Of a stretch of DNA of 60,971 nt, positions 36,211-45,496 are shown in pieces. Positions within the stretch are counted from its first letter, which is position 1, and each line of letters opens with the position of its first letter. This DNA comes from a virus (Duplodnaviria; Caudoviricetes): the IMG/VR virus record IMGVR_UViG_3300007735_000770, positions 1-60,971 of that record. One strand, given 5' to 3'. Position numbers and translations under genes: made by a program. A model generated the notes under the pieces. That model had not been told where the DNA came from. It saw only the letters and a program-made list of their open reading frames with translations, and searched no databases.

Positions 36211-37344
36211 ATCCCTTCTAGCTATACTTCCAACAACGGTATTATTCTACCAGCAACAGGCGAGAATAACAACACCTGGGGATCGCTTTGGAACTCAAGC
36301 GGTACCGAGCTAATCGACACCGCCCTCGACGGTGCTGTCTCCGTCACGCTCACCGGATCCACCCACTCGCTGGCGATCACTGATGGCACGGCGAGCGACG
36401 GGCGTAACCGCGTGCTGTTGTTCTCTGGGTCGCCGGGTGCTAATTGCACTGTCACGGTGACGCCGAACGATGCGGAGAAGTGGTACTTCGTATACAACGG
36501 CACATCGGGCGGCTTCTCCGTAATCATGGCTCAAGGTGGAGGGTCTGGGTCTACTGTCACGGTGGCGAACGGATACTGGGCGCTGGTGCGGCTGGACGGT
36601 ACCGGGTCGAATGCCAACGTGACGCGGCTGCTCGATAGCTGGGAGGTGACTACTGCGCTCAAGGCTGCTACGTACACTTCTGCCTCCACTCTGTCGATAA
36701 AGCCTGGAGCAGACTCGACAGCAGCTATCAGGCTTCAGAATTCGGCTGGAACACAGAAGGCCGCGCTAGACACAACCAACGGCAGGTTCATTATTGGAGC
36801 GACCACACCTGGATCTATATTTGAGGTGAACTCAAATACAGTTGCGGTGACTCCCGACCAGACGACGGACGTGAATATCGTTGGGTCTGACGCAGGTGCT
36901 GGCAATCGGGTGATGATCACTGGCTTCACTAATTCCGGCACGTATATCGGTAGGCTGGCGTCTGGGACTGGGGCGGCCCCCACTGCTGTGCAGAATATGG
37001 GATATCTATGCCAACTTCAAGGACGCGGATACCTTACGAGCACTTGGAGCAGCAGCCTTGGTCGCGTAGCCTTTGTGGCTGAAGAGAACTTCACGAACTC
37101 TACGGCCAAGACAGCCATCGCTTTTGAAGTCACGCCAGCCGGTGCTGTTACTTCGTCCGAGAAGATGCGCCTTACCGGGTCTGGGCAGCTTGAATTGTCG
37201 ACAACCACAGGTGGACTGCTAGTGCCGCGCCTGACTACCACGCAAAGAGATGCACTAACCCCGTCTAACGGGCTGGTCATCTACAACACCACAACCAACA
37301 AGTTCCAAGGGTATCAAGCAGGAGCTTGGGTTGATTTCGTATAA
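36211..37344 (+). CDS. Tail fibre-like protein with a probable non-canonical ATC start
   Basis: The frame is open 67 codons upstream of the tracked GTG and reads (I/M)PSSYTSNNGIILPATGENNNTWG; GAGGTG RBS; in-frame TAG at 36199. Confidence 0.7.
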   Translation: MPSSYTSNNGIILPATGENNNTWGSLWNSSGTELIDTALDGAVSVTLTGSTHSLAITDGTASDGRNRVLLFSGSPGANCTVTVTPNDAEKWYFVYNGTSGGFSVIMAQGGGSGSTVTVANGYWALVRLDGTGSNANVTRLLDSWEVTTALKAATYTSASTLSIKPGADSTAAIRLQNSAGTQKAALDTTNGRFIIGATTPGSIFEVNSNTVAVTPDQTTDVNIVGSDAGAGNRVMITGFTNSGTYIGRLASGTGAAPTAVQNMGYLCQLQGRGYLTSTWSSSLGRVAFVAEENFTNSTAKTAIAFEVTPAGAVTSSEKMRLTGSGQLELSTTTGGLLVPRLTTTQRDALTPSNGLVIYNTTTNKFQGYQAGAWVDFV

Positions 37345-37352
37345 GGAGAAGT

Positions 37353-37520
37353 ATGAACTGGAAAGCCATACTCAAAACCGTCGCCACTATTGGCGCTGCA
37401 ACCGTACTGACGACTGCTGGTGAAACAGTCGATCCAAACAAAAAGGTTAATGCCGAAAAGGCTGCGGCTGTCATCGTTGCCGTGGCCGCTTTGTTCGCCG
37501 AGAAGCCCACTAGAAAGTAA
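37353..37520 (+). CDS. Small protein with two hydrophobic segments, holin candidate (not in the ORF track)
   Basis: MNWKAILKTVATIGAATVLTTAG...AAAVIVAVAALFAEKPTRK; AAGGAG RBS; stop overlaps the next ATG. Confidence 0.55.
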   Translation: MNWKAILKTVATIGAATVLTTAGETVDPNKKVNAEKAAAVIVAVAALFAEKPTRK

Positions 37521-39340
37521 TGCTCCAGTCTCTCAAGCTCCGTCCAGGCATCACCAAGGACATCACTGACCTGTCAAACAGCGGCGGGTGGTATGACTCC
37601 GACAAGGTGCGTTTTAGGATGGGGTATCCGGAGACGATTGGCGGATGGCAGGCGTACACGTCCAATGAATTCCTTGGTGAATGTCGCGCACTGCATCAGT
37701 GGACCGCGCTTGACGGCACGAACTACACCGCTTACGGGACGAACCTGAAGCTGTACGTGGAGACGGGTGGTGACTACTACGACATCACCCCGATCCGCAG
37801 GACTGTCACGCTTGGAGCGAACCCATTCACCACGCAATCCACATCGAACGGGAAGTTGACCGTCACCGACGCGAGCAATGGCGTGGTGCTGCACGACTTC
37901 GTGACGTTCTCTGGCGCGACCGCGTTTGACAACTACACGACCGGGATGTTGAACGCTGAGTTTCAGGTGATCGAGGTGCTGACTTCCGGCACGTACACGA
38001 TCGAGGTGACTGGCGTTACGTCAGCATCGGCTGGTGTCAGCGGTGGTGGCGCGGCTGTGTCCGCTGCTTATCAGATCAACACTGGACCGGACACGCAGGT
38101 GTTTGGAACTGGGTGGGGTACCGGCACGTGGGGACGCGGAACGTGGGGGTCGGCTTCCAGTTCAGGCGTAAGCACTGGTCAGATCCGGATCTGGAGCCTT
38201 GATAACTTCGGCGAGGATCTGGTTGCCGCAGTGCGTGGTGGCAACATCTACTGGTGGGACGCATCGGTTGGGACTGGTACGCGAGCGATTGCCTTGGAGG
38301 ATATCCCTGGTTCAAATCAAGCACCGACCATTTGTTATGGGATCCAGGTTTCTGACGTGGATCGCCATCTTGTTGTCTTTGGCGCGAACGAGAACGGTGA
38401 AACCACTCAGGACTATTTGCTGGTCCGGTGGTGCAGCGCGGAAGACCTTACGGAATGGGAAGCCAATACCACGACCACGGCTGGATCGCAGCGGCTGTCA
38501 TCTGGCTCGCAGATCATTGGCTGGACGCGGGCGCGGCAGGAGATCCTGATCTGGACGGATGTTGGCTTGAACACGATGGCATTCACTGGGCCTCCGTATA
38601 CGTTTGGGTTCAATCTCATGGCCGAGGGGGTCTCGATCATGGGGCCGAACTCGATGGCGGAAGACAAGAATACCGTGTTCTGGATGGACCTAAATTCGTT
38701 CCGCATCTACGACGGGTCAGTGAACACTATTCCATGCCCAGTGCAGGCGTATGTGTTCGATAATCTTAACTTCGATCAGCGCTATAAAGTGTTCTGCGGA
38801 ACCAACTCCCGGTTTAACGAGGTGTGGTGGTTCTACCCTGCTGGGGCTTCAAATGAGAACAATCTGTACGTGGCATTCAACTACGTCGACAACACTTGGT
38901 TCATCGGGCAACTAGAGCGCACTGCGTGGTGGGATATGTCGTTCAACGGCTACCCGATAGCCACGTCCGATGGGACAACATGGACGCAGGAGTACGGGAC
39001 AAACGCTGGTGCATCTGCGTTGGAACCGTATATCGAGGGATCTGACCTGCAAATTGGCGATGGTGAACAGTTCTCGTTTATTACGCGCATCATCCCTGAC
39101 ATCACGTTCACTGGTGAAAACCAAACCCCGCTTGCTAACTATCTGATCCTCCGCCGCAACTTCCCTGGTCAGGACTTCACGACTGGCTACACGTCGACGG
39201 TATCAAATGATACTGAACAGAAGTTCGTGCGCGTGCGCGGGCGTCAGTTTGCCCTGCGCGTCGAGAGCAGTGAACCGAATCAGGCGTGGCGGCTAGGCGT
39301 GACGAGGTTTGACATGCAGCCGGATGGGAGGAAGACGTGA
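37520..39340 (+). CDS. Tail nozzle / DNA-stabilisation protein (P22 gp10-like)
   Basis: DKVRFR.G.PE.IGGW, WSLDNFGEDL, IPCPVQAYVF, FNEVWWFYP, RVRGRQ, DMQPDGR. Confidence 0.8.
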   Translation: MLQSLKLRPGITKDITDLSNSGGWYDSDKVRFRMGYPETIGGWQAYTSNEFLGECRALHQWTALDGTNYTAYGTNLKLYVETGGDYYDITPIRRTVTLGANPFTTQSTSNGKLTVTDASNGVVLHDFVTFSGATAFDNYTTGMLNAEFQVIEVLTSGTYTIEVTGVTSASAGVSGGGAAVSAAYQINTGPDTQVFGTGWGTGTWGRGTWGSASSSGVSTGQIRIWSLDNFGEDLVAAVRGGNIYWWDASVGTGTRAIALEDIPGSNQAPTICYGIQVSDVDRHLVVFGANENGETTQDYLLVRWCSAEDLTEWEANTTTTAGSQRLSSGSQIIGWTRARQEILIWTDVGLNTMAFTGPPYTFGFNLMAEGVSIMGPNSMAEDKNTVFWMDLNSFRIYDGSVNTIPCPVQAYVFDNLNFDQRYKVFCGTNSRFNEVWWFYPAGASNENNLYVAFNYVDNTWFIGQLERTAWWDMSFNGYPIATSDGTTWTQEYGTNAGASALEPYIEGSDLQIGDGEQFSFITRIIPDITFTGENQTPLANYLILRRNFPGQDFTTGYTSTVSNDTEQKFVRVRGRQFALRVESSEPNQAWRLGVTRFDMQPDGRKT

Positions 39341-39633
39341 ACCTCCGTCGACCACTCCCCCCACTCAAGATTCCTCCTCGTGAGTACCGGATCGAGGATT
39401 TTCAACAGGTCGTTCGTTTTGTGAATGAGTTGTTGAATAATATAAACAACCCTGGCGATATCGTCGGGTGTTCTCTGCAGTTCATCAACCTCGCAGAGAA
39501 TGGGTACGGCCTGCCGACTGGCGGCGTTTACGTTGATGCAAACGGTTTCCTGAAAGTGGTTCGGGATAACGAGGTATTCGCGCCTTCGTTCGATGCTCGG
39601 GCCAAGCTCGGGGTTGTGACAGTAAATACGTAA
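39337..39633 (+). CDS. Small tail protein
   Basis: Coupled ORF after the nozzle gene. Confidence 0.65.
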   Translation: MNLRRPLPPLKIPPREYRIEDFQQVVRFVNELLNNINNPGDIVGCSLQFINLAENGYGLPTGGVYVDANGFLKVVRDNEVFAPSFDARAKLGVVTVNT

Positions 39634-39648
39634 ACGTGAGGTGAGAGT

Positions 39649-40617
39649 ATGGCAGGCTTGCGGAAGCTGGCCGATCAGATTGCCGAGCATGGGCGCTACG
39701 GCGACTCCGAGTTGGTTCATATGAACCCCGAGGAGATCGCGGTGTTGGAGCAGTTGCTTGGGCCGATGACGGTAAACCCAGAGACGGGGCAACCGGAGGC
39801 GTTTAGCTGGAAGAAGTTGTTGGCTGGCTTGGGTGCGGCGGCGGGCGTGGCGATGTTGGCGATACCTGGGCTTCAGCCTGCTGGGATGGCAACACTGATG
39901 AAATCAGCACCATTACTTGCCACGACATTAGCTGGCGTTGGTTCTACAGCAGCAACCGGGCTTATTTCCAGCGCATTCAAGAAGGACGAAAAGTCAGATC
40001 CAAAACTCTCCGAAGCCGCCGAATACCTCAAGAAGAAGAATGAAGCTGACGCCAAGAACAACGCTGGCGTGCCTATCATCGCGGCAAACCTGAACCAGAA
40101 CGTAGGCGGATACGATCCACTTGGGCGAGAGAAGAACTACTTCTCCTACGGTCAGCCGGTACAGCCTGAACCGATGGCGGGTGGGATCAGGTCGTTGATG
40201 GCTAATGGCTACGCTGGTGGTGGGCAGCTTGAGCCTGAGGAACTGAAGGGCCAGCGGATCATCGAGATGGCGATGCGGGCGCTCCAGGGGCAGAGCGAGG
40301 ATCCGCACGCTGATCTGAACCAGTTTGTGGCTACCTACGGGCCTGAAGCGCTACAGTCACTTGCGCACGGCGGTAAGGTGGAAGGACCTGGCGGCGGCAT
40401 GGACGACATGGTGACGGCTGACTTGAACGGGCAAAAGGTGTTGCTATCGCCTGACGAGTTTGTAGTGCCAGCCGATGTAGTGAGTGGGCTTGGCGATGGT
40501 TCCAGTGAGGCTGGTGCGCGTAAGCTGCACGCCATGATGGCGCGAGTACGGGCAGAGCGCACTGGAAAGACAACGCAACCGAAGAAGATCAACGATCAGA
40601 AAGTGATGCCGAGGTAG
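39649..40617 (+). CDS. Internal virion / ejection protein
   Basis: GRYGDSELVHMNPEE, NPETGQPEAF, hydrophobic segment, GPGGGMDD, LSPDEFVVPADVVS.LGDGSSEAGA. Confidence 0.75.
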   Translation: MAGLRKLADQIAEHGRYGDSELVHMNPEEIAVLEQLLGPMTVNPETGQPEAFSWKKLLAGLGAAAGVAMLAIPGLQPAGMATLMKSAPLLATTLAGVGSTAATGLISSAFKKDEKSDPKLSEAAEYLKKKNEADAKNNAGVPIIAANLNQNVGGYDPLGREKNYFSYGQPVQPEPMAGGIRSLMANGYAGGGQLEPEELKGQRIIEMAMRALQGQSEDPHADLNQFVATYGPEALQSLAHGGKVEGPGGGMDDMVTADLNGQKVLLSPDEFVVPADVVSGLGDGSSEAGARKLHAMMARVRAERTGKTTQPKKINDQKVMPR

Positions 40618-40619
40618 CC

Positions 40620-43600
40620 ATGGCTGAAACCACATCCCAGGTAAACGTAAACGACATTCCTGAGTACCTGAAACCGTACCGGAATGCGCTGCTGAATGCG
40701 GCGTTTGGGTTGGCGATGAAGCCAGAGTACCTGCAGAAGCAAGGCATCCCTATTATGGGTGGGACTATCGCTCCGCCAGCGAATCCGCCGGTACAGCCCA
40801 CGATCCCCCCGACTCCAACATCTCCGGCACCACCTGATCAGTCTGTGCCGGATGCGATGGCGCGGATTACGACAGAGCCAGTTCACGGCGGATCTACGCT
40901 ATCTCGTGGCGCTGCTGGTATTGAGGAGTTGCTTCGGTCAAACCGAATCGGGTACGCAGAGGGCGGGAGGTTGGCGAACTCCGCTGCTGGTATTGAGGAA
41001 TTGCTGAAAAGTTTCTCCGTCGCTCCCGCTGGATCAGATGTGTGGCTGGGTGAAGGCGGAACCCCGCTGGGTGGCGTCTACAACGGGAATAACGTCAGTC
41101 CGACGCCGAAAATACCGTCGACGATCGGTACTGGCACGCAACCTCCGCCGACACCGCAGCCGCCATCGGTTACGCCACCTTCGACTGCTGGCCCTGGTGG
41201 TGTGATCACTACGCCTCCAAGTGGCACGCTGCCTGTCGGTAATCCTAATCCGACGAATAAGCCGCCGCAGGTTGGCACTGGGATAGGAGGTGGTGGTGGG
41301 GTAACCCAGCCGCCTCCTGCTACGCATGGCGGTGGGCCGTCGACACCCATACCGCAACCTTCGCCGAATCCAAACGGATATCAGACGCCTCCCGCCTTCC
41401 TTGCCCATCGCCCCGACAACTTCGCTGGTGCGGCACAAGCGGAGAAGATGGGCTACAACCCCAACCAGTATGCTGAGGAGCGCACGGCGCAGGACTTGGC
41501 TGACCGGCATGGGGCGCAGTTGGTGTACACCAACTCTGGCGGTCCTATCTCTCCGCCGTCGCAGGCCACGCTGTACTCCGGTGGTGAGTCATTTCAGAAC
41601 GCTGGTCTCGTCAACGATGCTTACACCCGCTTCAAGGACGATCCCGGTCAGTTGCAGTTGCGACTGAATCAGATCCGAGATGAGATCCGCCAACTTGGCG
41701 GAACGCCGGGGTTCAAGAAGGGTGGCGTTGTCCGAGCATTCGGTGGTGCGGCTTTGGATTCAGGGAGCAATCCGTTTAACCCGTTGAAGAACAACTCAAG
41801 CAGCGGGCCAATGGATGGGTTCATGAACAACGGGTTCCCTGTTCCTCAATCTCCCGCTTCTACTGGGATGATGGGGTCTAAGTCTGCTCTCAACACGGGG
41901 TTCATGCCGCTACAGGCACAGGCTGAAACCGCTACTACGGGTACGCCTACGGGTACGCCTACACAGCAGACTGTCGCGCAGAATGCGCTCGATGTATTGC
42001 AACCGTATCAGGCATATGGTGGCCAGCGGACGCTTTCTAATGGGTTCAATACCGGAGCAGTAAACAACGGAGTCGCCCAAATCTCCGACCTCACCCGCAA
42101 CGCTCTCGGTGGCTACTCTGGATTGCCTTCGTACTTGGACTCGGCTGGAAACATCAACGCAGGTCGCACTGCCAGCGGTCAGGCAACAACCAACTTCGGT
42201 ATCGCTAACGACACGTTCAACTCGGCTGGCCAGTTAGCTCTCGATGCTAGTACTAGAGCGGGGGATGCCAGCTACGAGTCTCCGTTAACGTCTTCGTTCC
42301 AGGACACGATGAACTTTATTCGTGGCAATCCGCAGGCGTTCCAAGCTGGAGAGATTTCGTTGGGCCAACTCAGCGCACCGCAGGTTGACGCGCCTCTCGG
42401 TATCTCTCCATCGCAGTTGACGAGCTATCAGATGGCTGGCCCTCGTTTGATCGACACGTCCGTATCGAACATCGACCCGCACTACATCCAAGGCCAGAAC
42501 CTACAGCAGTATCAAGCGCAGTCGCCTGAGTCTGTGCGCGGCGCTCAGTATCGTGCCAACACGATCGACACCACTCCTACGGTAGACACGAACCAGATCA
42601 CGCGCAACTTCGAGAATAATCGGATGACCGCTCCGGGCAATGTCACGGCTGGGCAAATTCAAGGCATCGATCGATTCATCGACAATCGCAACGCACAGAA
42701 CTACATGTCGCCGTATACGCAGAACGTAACCGACGTTCGGCAGCGGCTGGCACGGCAGGCGTTCAACGAGCAGAAGGCCGCGCGTGATGCGAACGCAGTC
42801 AAAGCAGGAGCCTTCGGTGGCAACCGGCAGGCTGTCGCTGACTCGCTGGCAAACCGTGACTTGATGAACCAGATGGACCAGATCGCGGCGGAAGGCGCTC
42901 AGTCGGCTTACGAGAACGCGCAACAGCAGTACGAGCGCGACCGTAACGCTGGCATGGGGGCGCAGCAGTTCAACGTACAGGCGCGGATGCAGGGCGACCT
43001 TGCCAATCAGCAAACTGGTCTGCAGGTCGGTGGGAAGAACTTGGACGCGGCGCTGGCGACGAACAACCTGCTGGGCAACATCGGGCTGCAGGGTCTGCTG
43101 GCTAATCAGAACGCTGGGCTGACCGTGGCGCAGGCGAACCAAGCTGCGCGCAACCAGTCTGGACAGTTCAACGCGGCGAACCGTCAACAGGCGTCGTTGG
43201 CTAACCAGAGCGCGAATCAAGCAACGGCGCTGGCCAACTTGCAGGCGTTGCTTGGCACGCAGCAGTTGGGTGCGAACCTCGGGCAACAGGCCAACCTTGC
43301 AAACCAGAGCGCCTACATGGACGCGGCGTCTCGTAACCAGGGGACCAACCTACAGGCACAGTTGGCAAACCAAGCAGCACTGCAGCAGGCGAACCAGCAG
43401 AACCTTGCCGCTGCCCTCGGAGTTCAGGAACTCGGTGCGAACCAGTCACTCGCGGCGCAGCAAGCAAACCAAGGCGCTGGCCTTCAGGCTGGGTTGGCGA
43501 ACCTCCAGGCGGCTATGGGTACACAGCAGTTGGCTCGTACCAGTGGCCTGACGGCGGCACAGGCGAACCAACAGACGCGACTGGCGCAGAACCAAGCGTT

Positions 43601-44033
43601 GCTCGATGCAGCGGCGCGAGAGGATCAACTCCGTCAGCAGGCGCAACAGGGGAACTTCTCCAATCGCCTCAGTGCCATGGGTCAGCAAACGAACTCGGCG
43701 CTCGCGGCGAACCAGATCGGACAGTCTCGCGCCGATCTGCAGCGGCTTGCCAACGCGCAACAGTTGCAGAACCTGCAGCAGCAGATGGCGGCTGGTGCCA
43801 CGATCGATCAGCGCACGCAGGGCAATTTGGATCAGGCGTATCAGGACTTCATCAACCAGCGCAATGATCCGTTCCAGAAACTCAACTGGCTGCAAGGCAT
43901 TCTCGCCGGGACGCCGATCGGGTATAACCAAGAGCAGGTACTGTTCAACCGTACTTCACCCGCCTCGCAGATCGGTGGCCTCGCTACGGCTGGGCTTGGA
44001 GCACTCACCTCTTACCTCGGGAACAAGCAATGA
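40620..44033 (+). CDS. DNA pilot / ejection protein with a Pro-rich N-terminus and Gln/Asn-rich 11-residue repeats
   Basis: IPEYLKPY, YMSPYTQNV, AGAFGGNRQAV, ANQ repeats, C-terminal QIGGLATAGLGAL. Confidence 0.8.
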   Translation: MAETTSQVNVNDIPEYLKPYRNALLNAAFGLAMKPEYLQKQGIPIMGGTIAPPANPPVQPTIPPTPTSPAPPDQSVPDAMARITTEPVHGGSTLSRGAAGIEELLRSNRIGYAEGGRLANSAAGIEELLKSFSVAPAGSDVWLGEGGTPLGGVYNGNNVSPTPKIPSTIGTGTQPPPTPQPPSVTPPSTAGPGGVITTPPSGTLPVGNPNPTNKPPQVGTGIGGGGGVTQPPPATHGGGPSTPIPQPSPNPNGYQTPPAFLAHRPDNFAGAAQAEKMGYNPNQYAEERTAQDLADRHGAQLVYTNSGGPISPPSQATLYSGGESFQNAGLVNDAYTRFKDDPGQLQLRLNQIRDEIRQLGGTPGFKKGGVVRAFGGAALDSGSNPFNPLKNNSSSGPMDGFMNNGFPVPQSPASTGMMGSKSALNTGFMPLQAQAETATTGTPTGTPTQQTVAQNALDVLQPYQAYGGQRTLSNGFNTGAVNNGVAQISDLTRNALGGYSGLPSYLDSAGNINAGRTASGQATTNFGIANDTFNSAGQLALDASTRAGDASYESPLTSSFQDTMNFIRGNPQAFQAGEISLGQLSAPQVDAPLGISPSQLTSYQMAGPRLIDTSVSNIDPHYIQGQNLQQYQAQSPESVRGAQYRANTIDTTPTVDTNQITRNFENNRMTAPGNVTAGQIQGIDRFIDNRNAQNYMSPYTQNVTDVRQRLARQAFNEQKAARDANAVKAGAFGGNRQAVADSLANRDLMNQMDQIAAEGAQSAYENAQQQYERDRNAGMGAQQFNVQARMQGDLANQQTGLQVGGKNLDAALATNNLLGNIGLQGLLANQNAGLTVAQANQAARNQSGQFNAANRQQASLANQSANQATALANLQALLGTQQLGANLGQQANLANQSAYMDAASRNQGTNLQAQLANQAALQQANQQNLAAALGVQELGANQSLAAQQANQGAGLQAGLANLQAAMGTQQLARTSGLTAAQANQQTRLAQNQALLDAAAREDQLRQQAQQGNFSNRLSAMGQQTNSALAANQIGQSRADLQRLANAQQLQNLQQQMAAGATIDQRTQGNLDQAYQDFINQRNDPFQKLNWLQGILAGTPIGYNQEQVLFNRTSPASQIGGLATAGLGALTSYLGNKQ

Positions 44034-45496
44034 ACCTCATCCAGCAGGCCGAAGAACTGAAGAACGTACCTGATCAGGCACTCGCCCAGATGTCGCAAGG
44101 GATGGGTAGCGTCCCGCCGTATCTCGTGATGAGCGAGATGAAGCGCCGCGAGCAAATGCGCAAAGCCTACACTGCGCAAAAAGGAGGTGATCCCGTTCAG
44201 CGGCGCACGGTCATGGAGGAGATGCGAGAGCGCTTCACTCCTATGGAGATGCAGCAGCAACAGCAGCAGCCTCAGGTCGGTCAGGTTGCGCCGAATGCGC
44301 CTGCTCCTAGGATGGCGGGGGGTGGGGTGGTTCGCCGCGACGGTGGTGGGGTGGTTAACCTGCAGGGGTTCTTTGATCAGTTGAAGGGCGCGTCAGCGTT
44401 GCCTGAAGTTGACCCGACTCACGTTGCATGGCAGATGCCGGGACAAGAGGCTATCCCGTTTTCCGAGGATGAGTTAGCCACAGCGCCAGACCGAATCGCG
44501 CAGCGGTATGGAAAAGCTCCAAGTATTGAAGAAACAATGAAGCAGGTGCAAGCGCTGCGCGGACCATCACGGCTTGCTGGTATCGCTGAGCAACTAGCCG
44601 CACGAGAGCAGGCGGCTCGCGGCAAGAAAGCAGACATCGGGCAGATCTTGATGCAACTTGGCCTTGGTATGGCAGCGTCTCGCCGTCCTGACTTCGCGGG
44701 TGCCATCGGTGAGGGTGGATTGGGCGCGTTGCACGGGTACATGCAGCAGAAGCAGTTGAATCAAGCACAGGCTGACAACTTCATGAAGCAGCGGCTGGGC
44801 GTGCTTGAGGCCATGCAACAAAGCGATGACGTTGCGACCCGTGAGGCTGGAGAGTTGAATCGCGGGAACATCGCTGGCAGAAACACGGAAATCATGGCTG
44901 GTGAGCAGGGCCGCACAGCAATGATGCGGGCGAAGAAAGACGAGCGAATAAATCAACTCAACCGCGAGGCGCAGGCGAAGATCGCGGCTGATAGGATCGC
45001 GGCTGAAGCGGCATTGGCTGATAAAAAAGAGGCTGGCGACTTTAAGGTTGATGAGGCGGCGATCAAATCATGGCTCCAGAAGCATCCAGACAAAGATTTT
45101 ATGGACGCGGTTGCCGTATTAACGCGAGCGAAGCATGTGCCAGAAAGCGGAAGTAAAGACAAAGACAAGTCCGATAACTTCTATCGCTTCATCAACGCCA
45201 ATAATGGAACAATCCAGGCCAATGAACGGGAGATCATTGAACTCCAAAAGGAACTCATTGACATGGGGCCTGGAACCAAGGGTGTGCCTGATCCCAAGCG
45301 AGAACTTATTGCGAATCGGATTAACGCCATTCGCCGTCACAACGACCGCATTCGACAGCAGACCGAAGAGTTGTATGCTGACTCAAAAGGGATTCCGATA
45401 GCCGAACCACCTCCCCGCCCAATACCCCCTCAGCGGAGGGGCGGATTGTCTGGGCTGAACCTGATGGGCGCGAGCGATCTATTTAAGGCCAAATGA
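44030..45496 (+). CDS. Internal virion / ejection protein
   Basis: VPPYLVMSEMKRR, LMQLGLGMAAS..FAGAIGEGG. Confidence 0.7.
   Translation: MNLIQQAEELKNVPDQALAQMSQGMGSVPPYLVMSEMKRREQMRKAYTAQKGGDPVQRRTVMEEMRERFTPMEMQQQQQQPQVGQVAPNAPAPRMAGGGVVRRDGGGVVNLQGFFDQLKGASALPEVDPTHVAWQMPGQEAIPFSEDELATAPDRIAQRYGKAPSIEETMKQVQALRGPSRLAGIAEQLAAREQAARGKKADIGQILMQLGLGMAASRRPDFAGAIGEGGLGALHGYMQQKQLNQAQADNFMKQRLGVLEAMQQSDDVATREAGELNRGNIAGRNTEIMAGEQGRTAMMRAKKDERINQLNREAQAKIAADRIAAEAALADKKEAGDFKVDEAAIKSWLQKHPDKDFMDAVAVLTRAKHVPESGSKDKDKSDNFYRFINANNGTIQANEREIIELQKELIDMGPGTKGVPDPKRELIANRINAIRRHNDRIRQQTEELYADSKGIPIAEPPPRPIPPQRRGGLSGLNLMGASDLFKAK

Noticed and set aside
9883-37344. Diversity-generating retroelement or invertible fibre system
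   Set aside because: No reverse transcriptase, adenine-specific template/variable repeat pair or invertase with inverted sites was recognised
41934-41962. Short tandem repeat ctacgggtacgc
   Set aside because: It is an in-frame TGTP duplication in a low-complexity protein region
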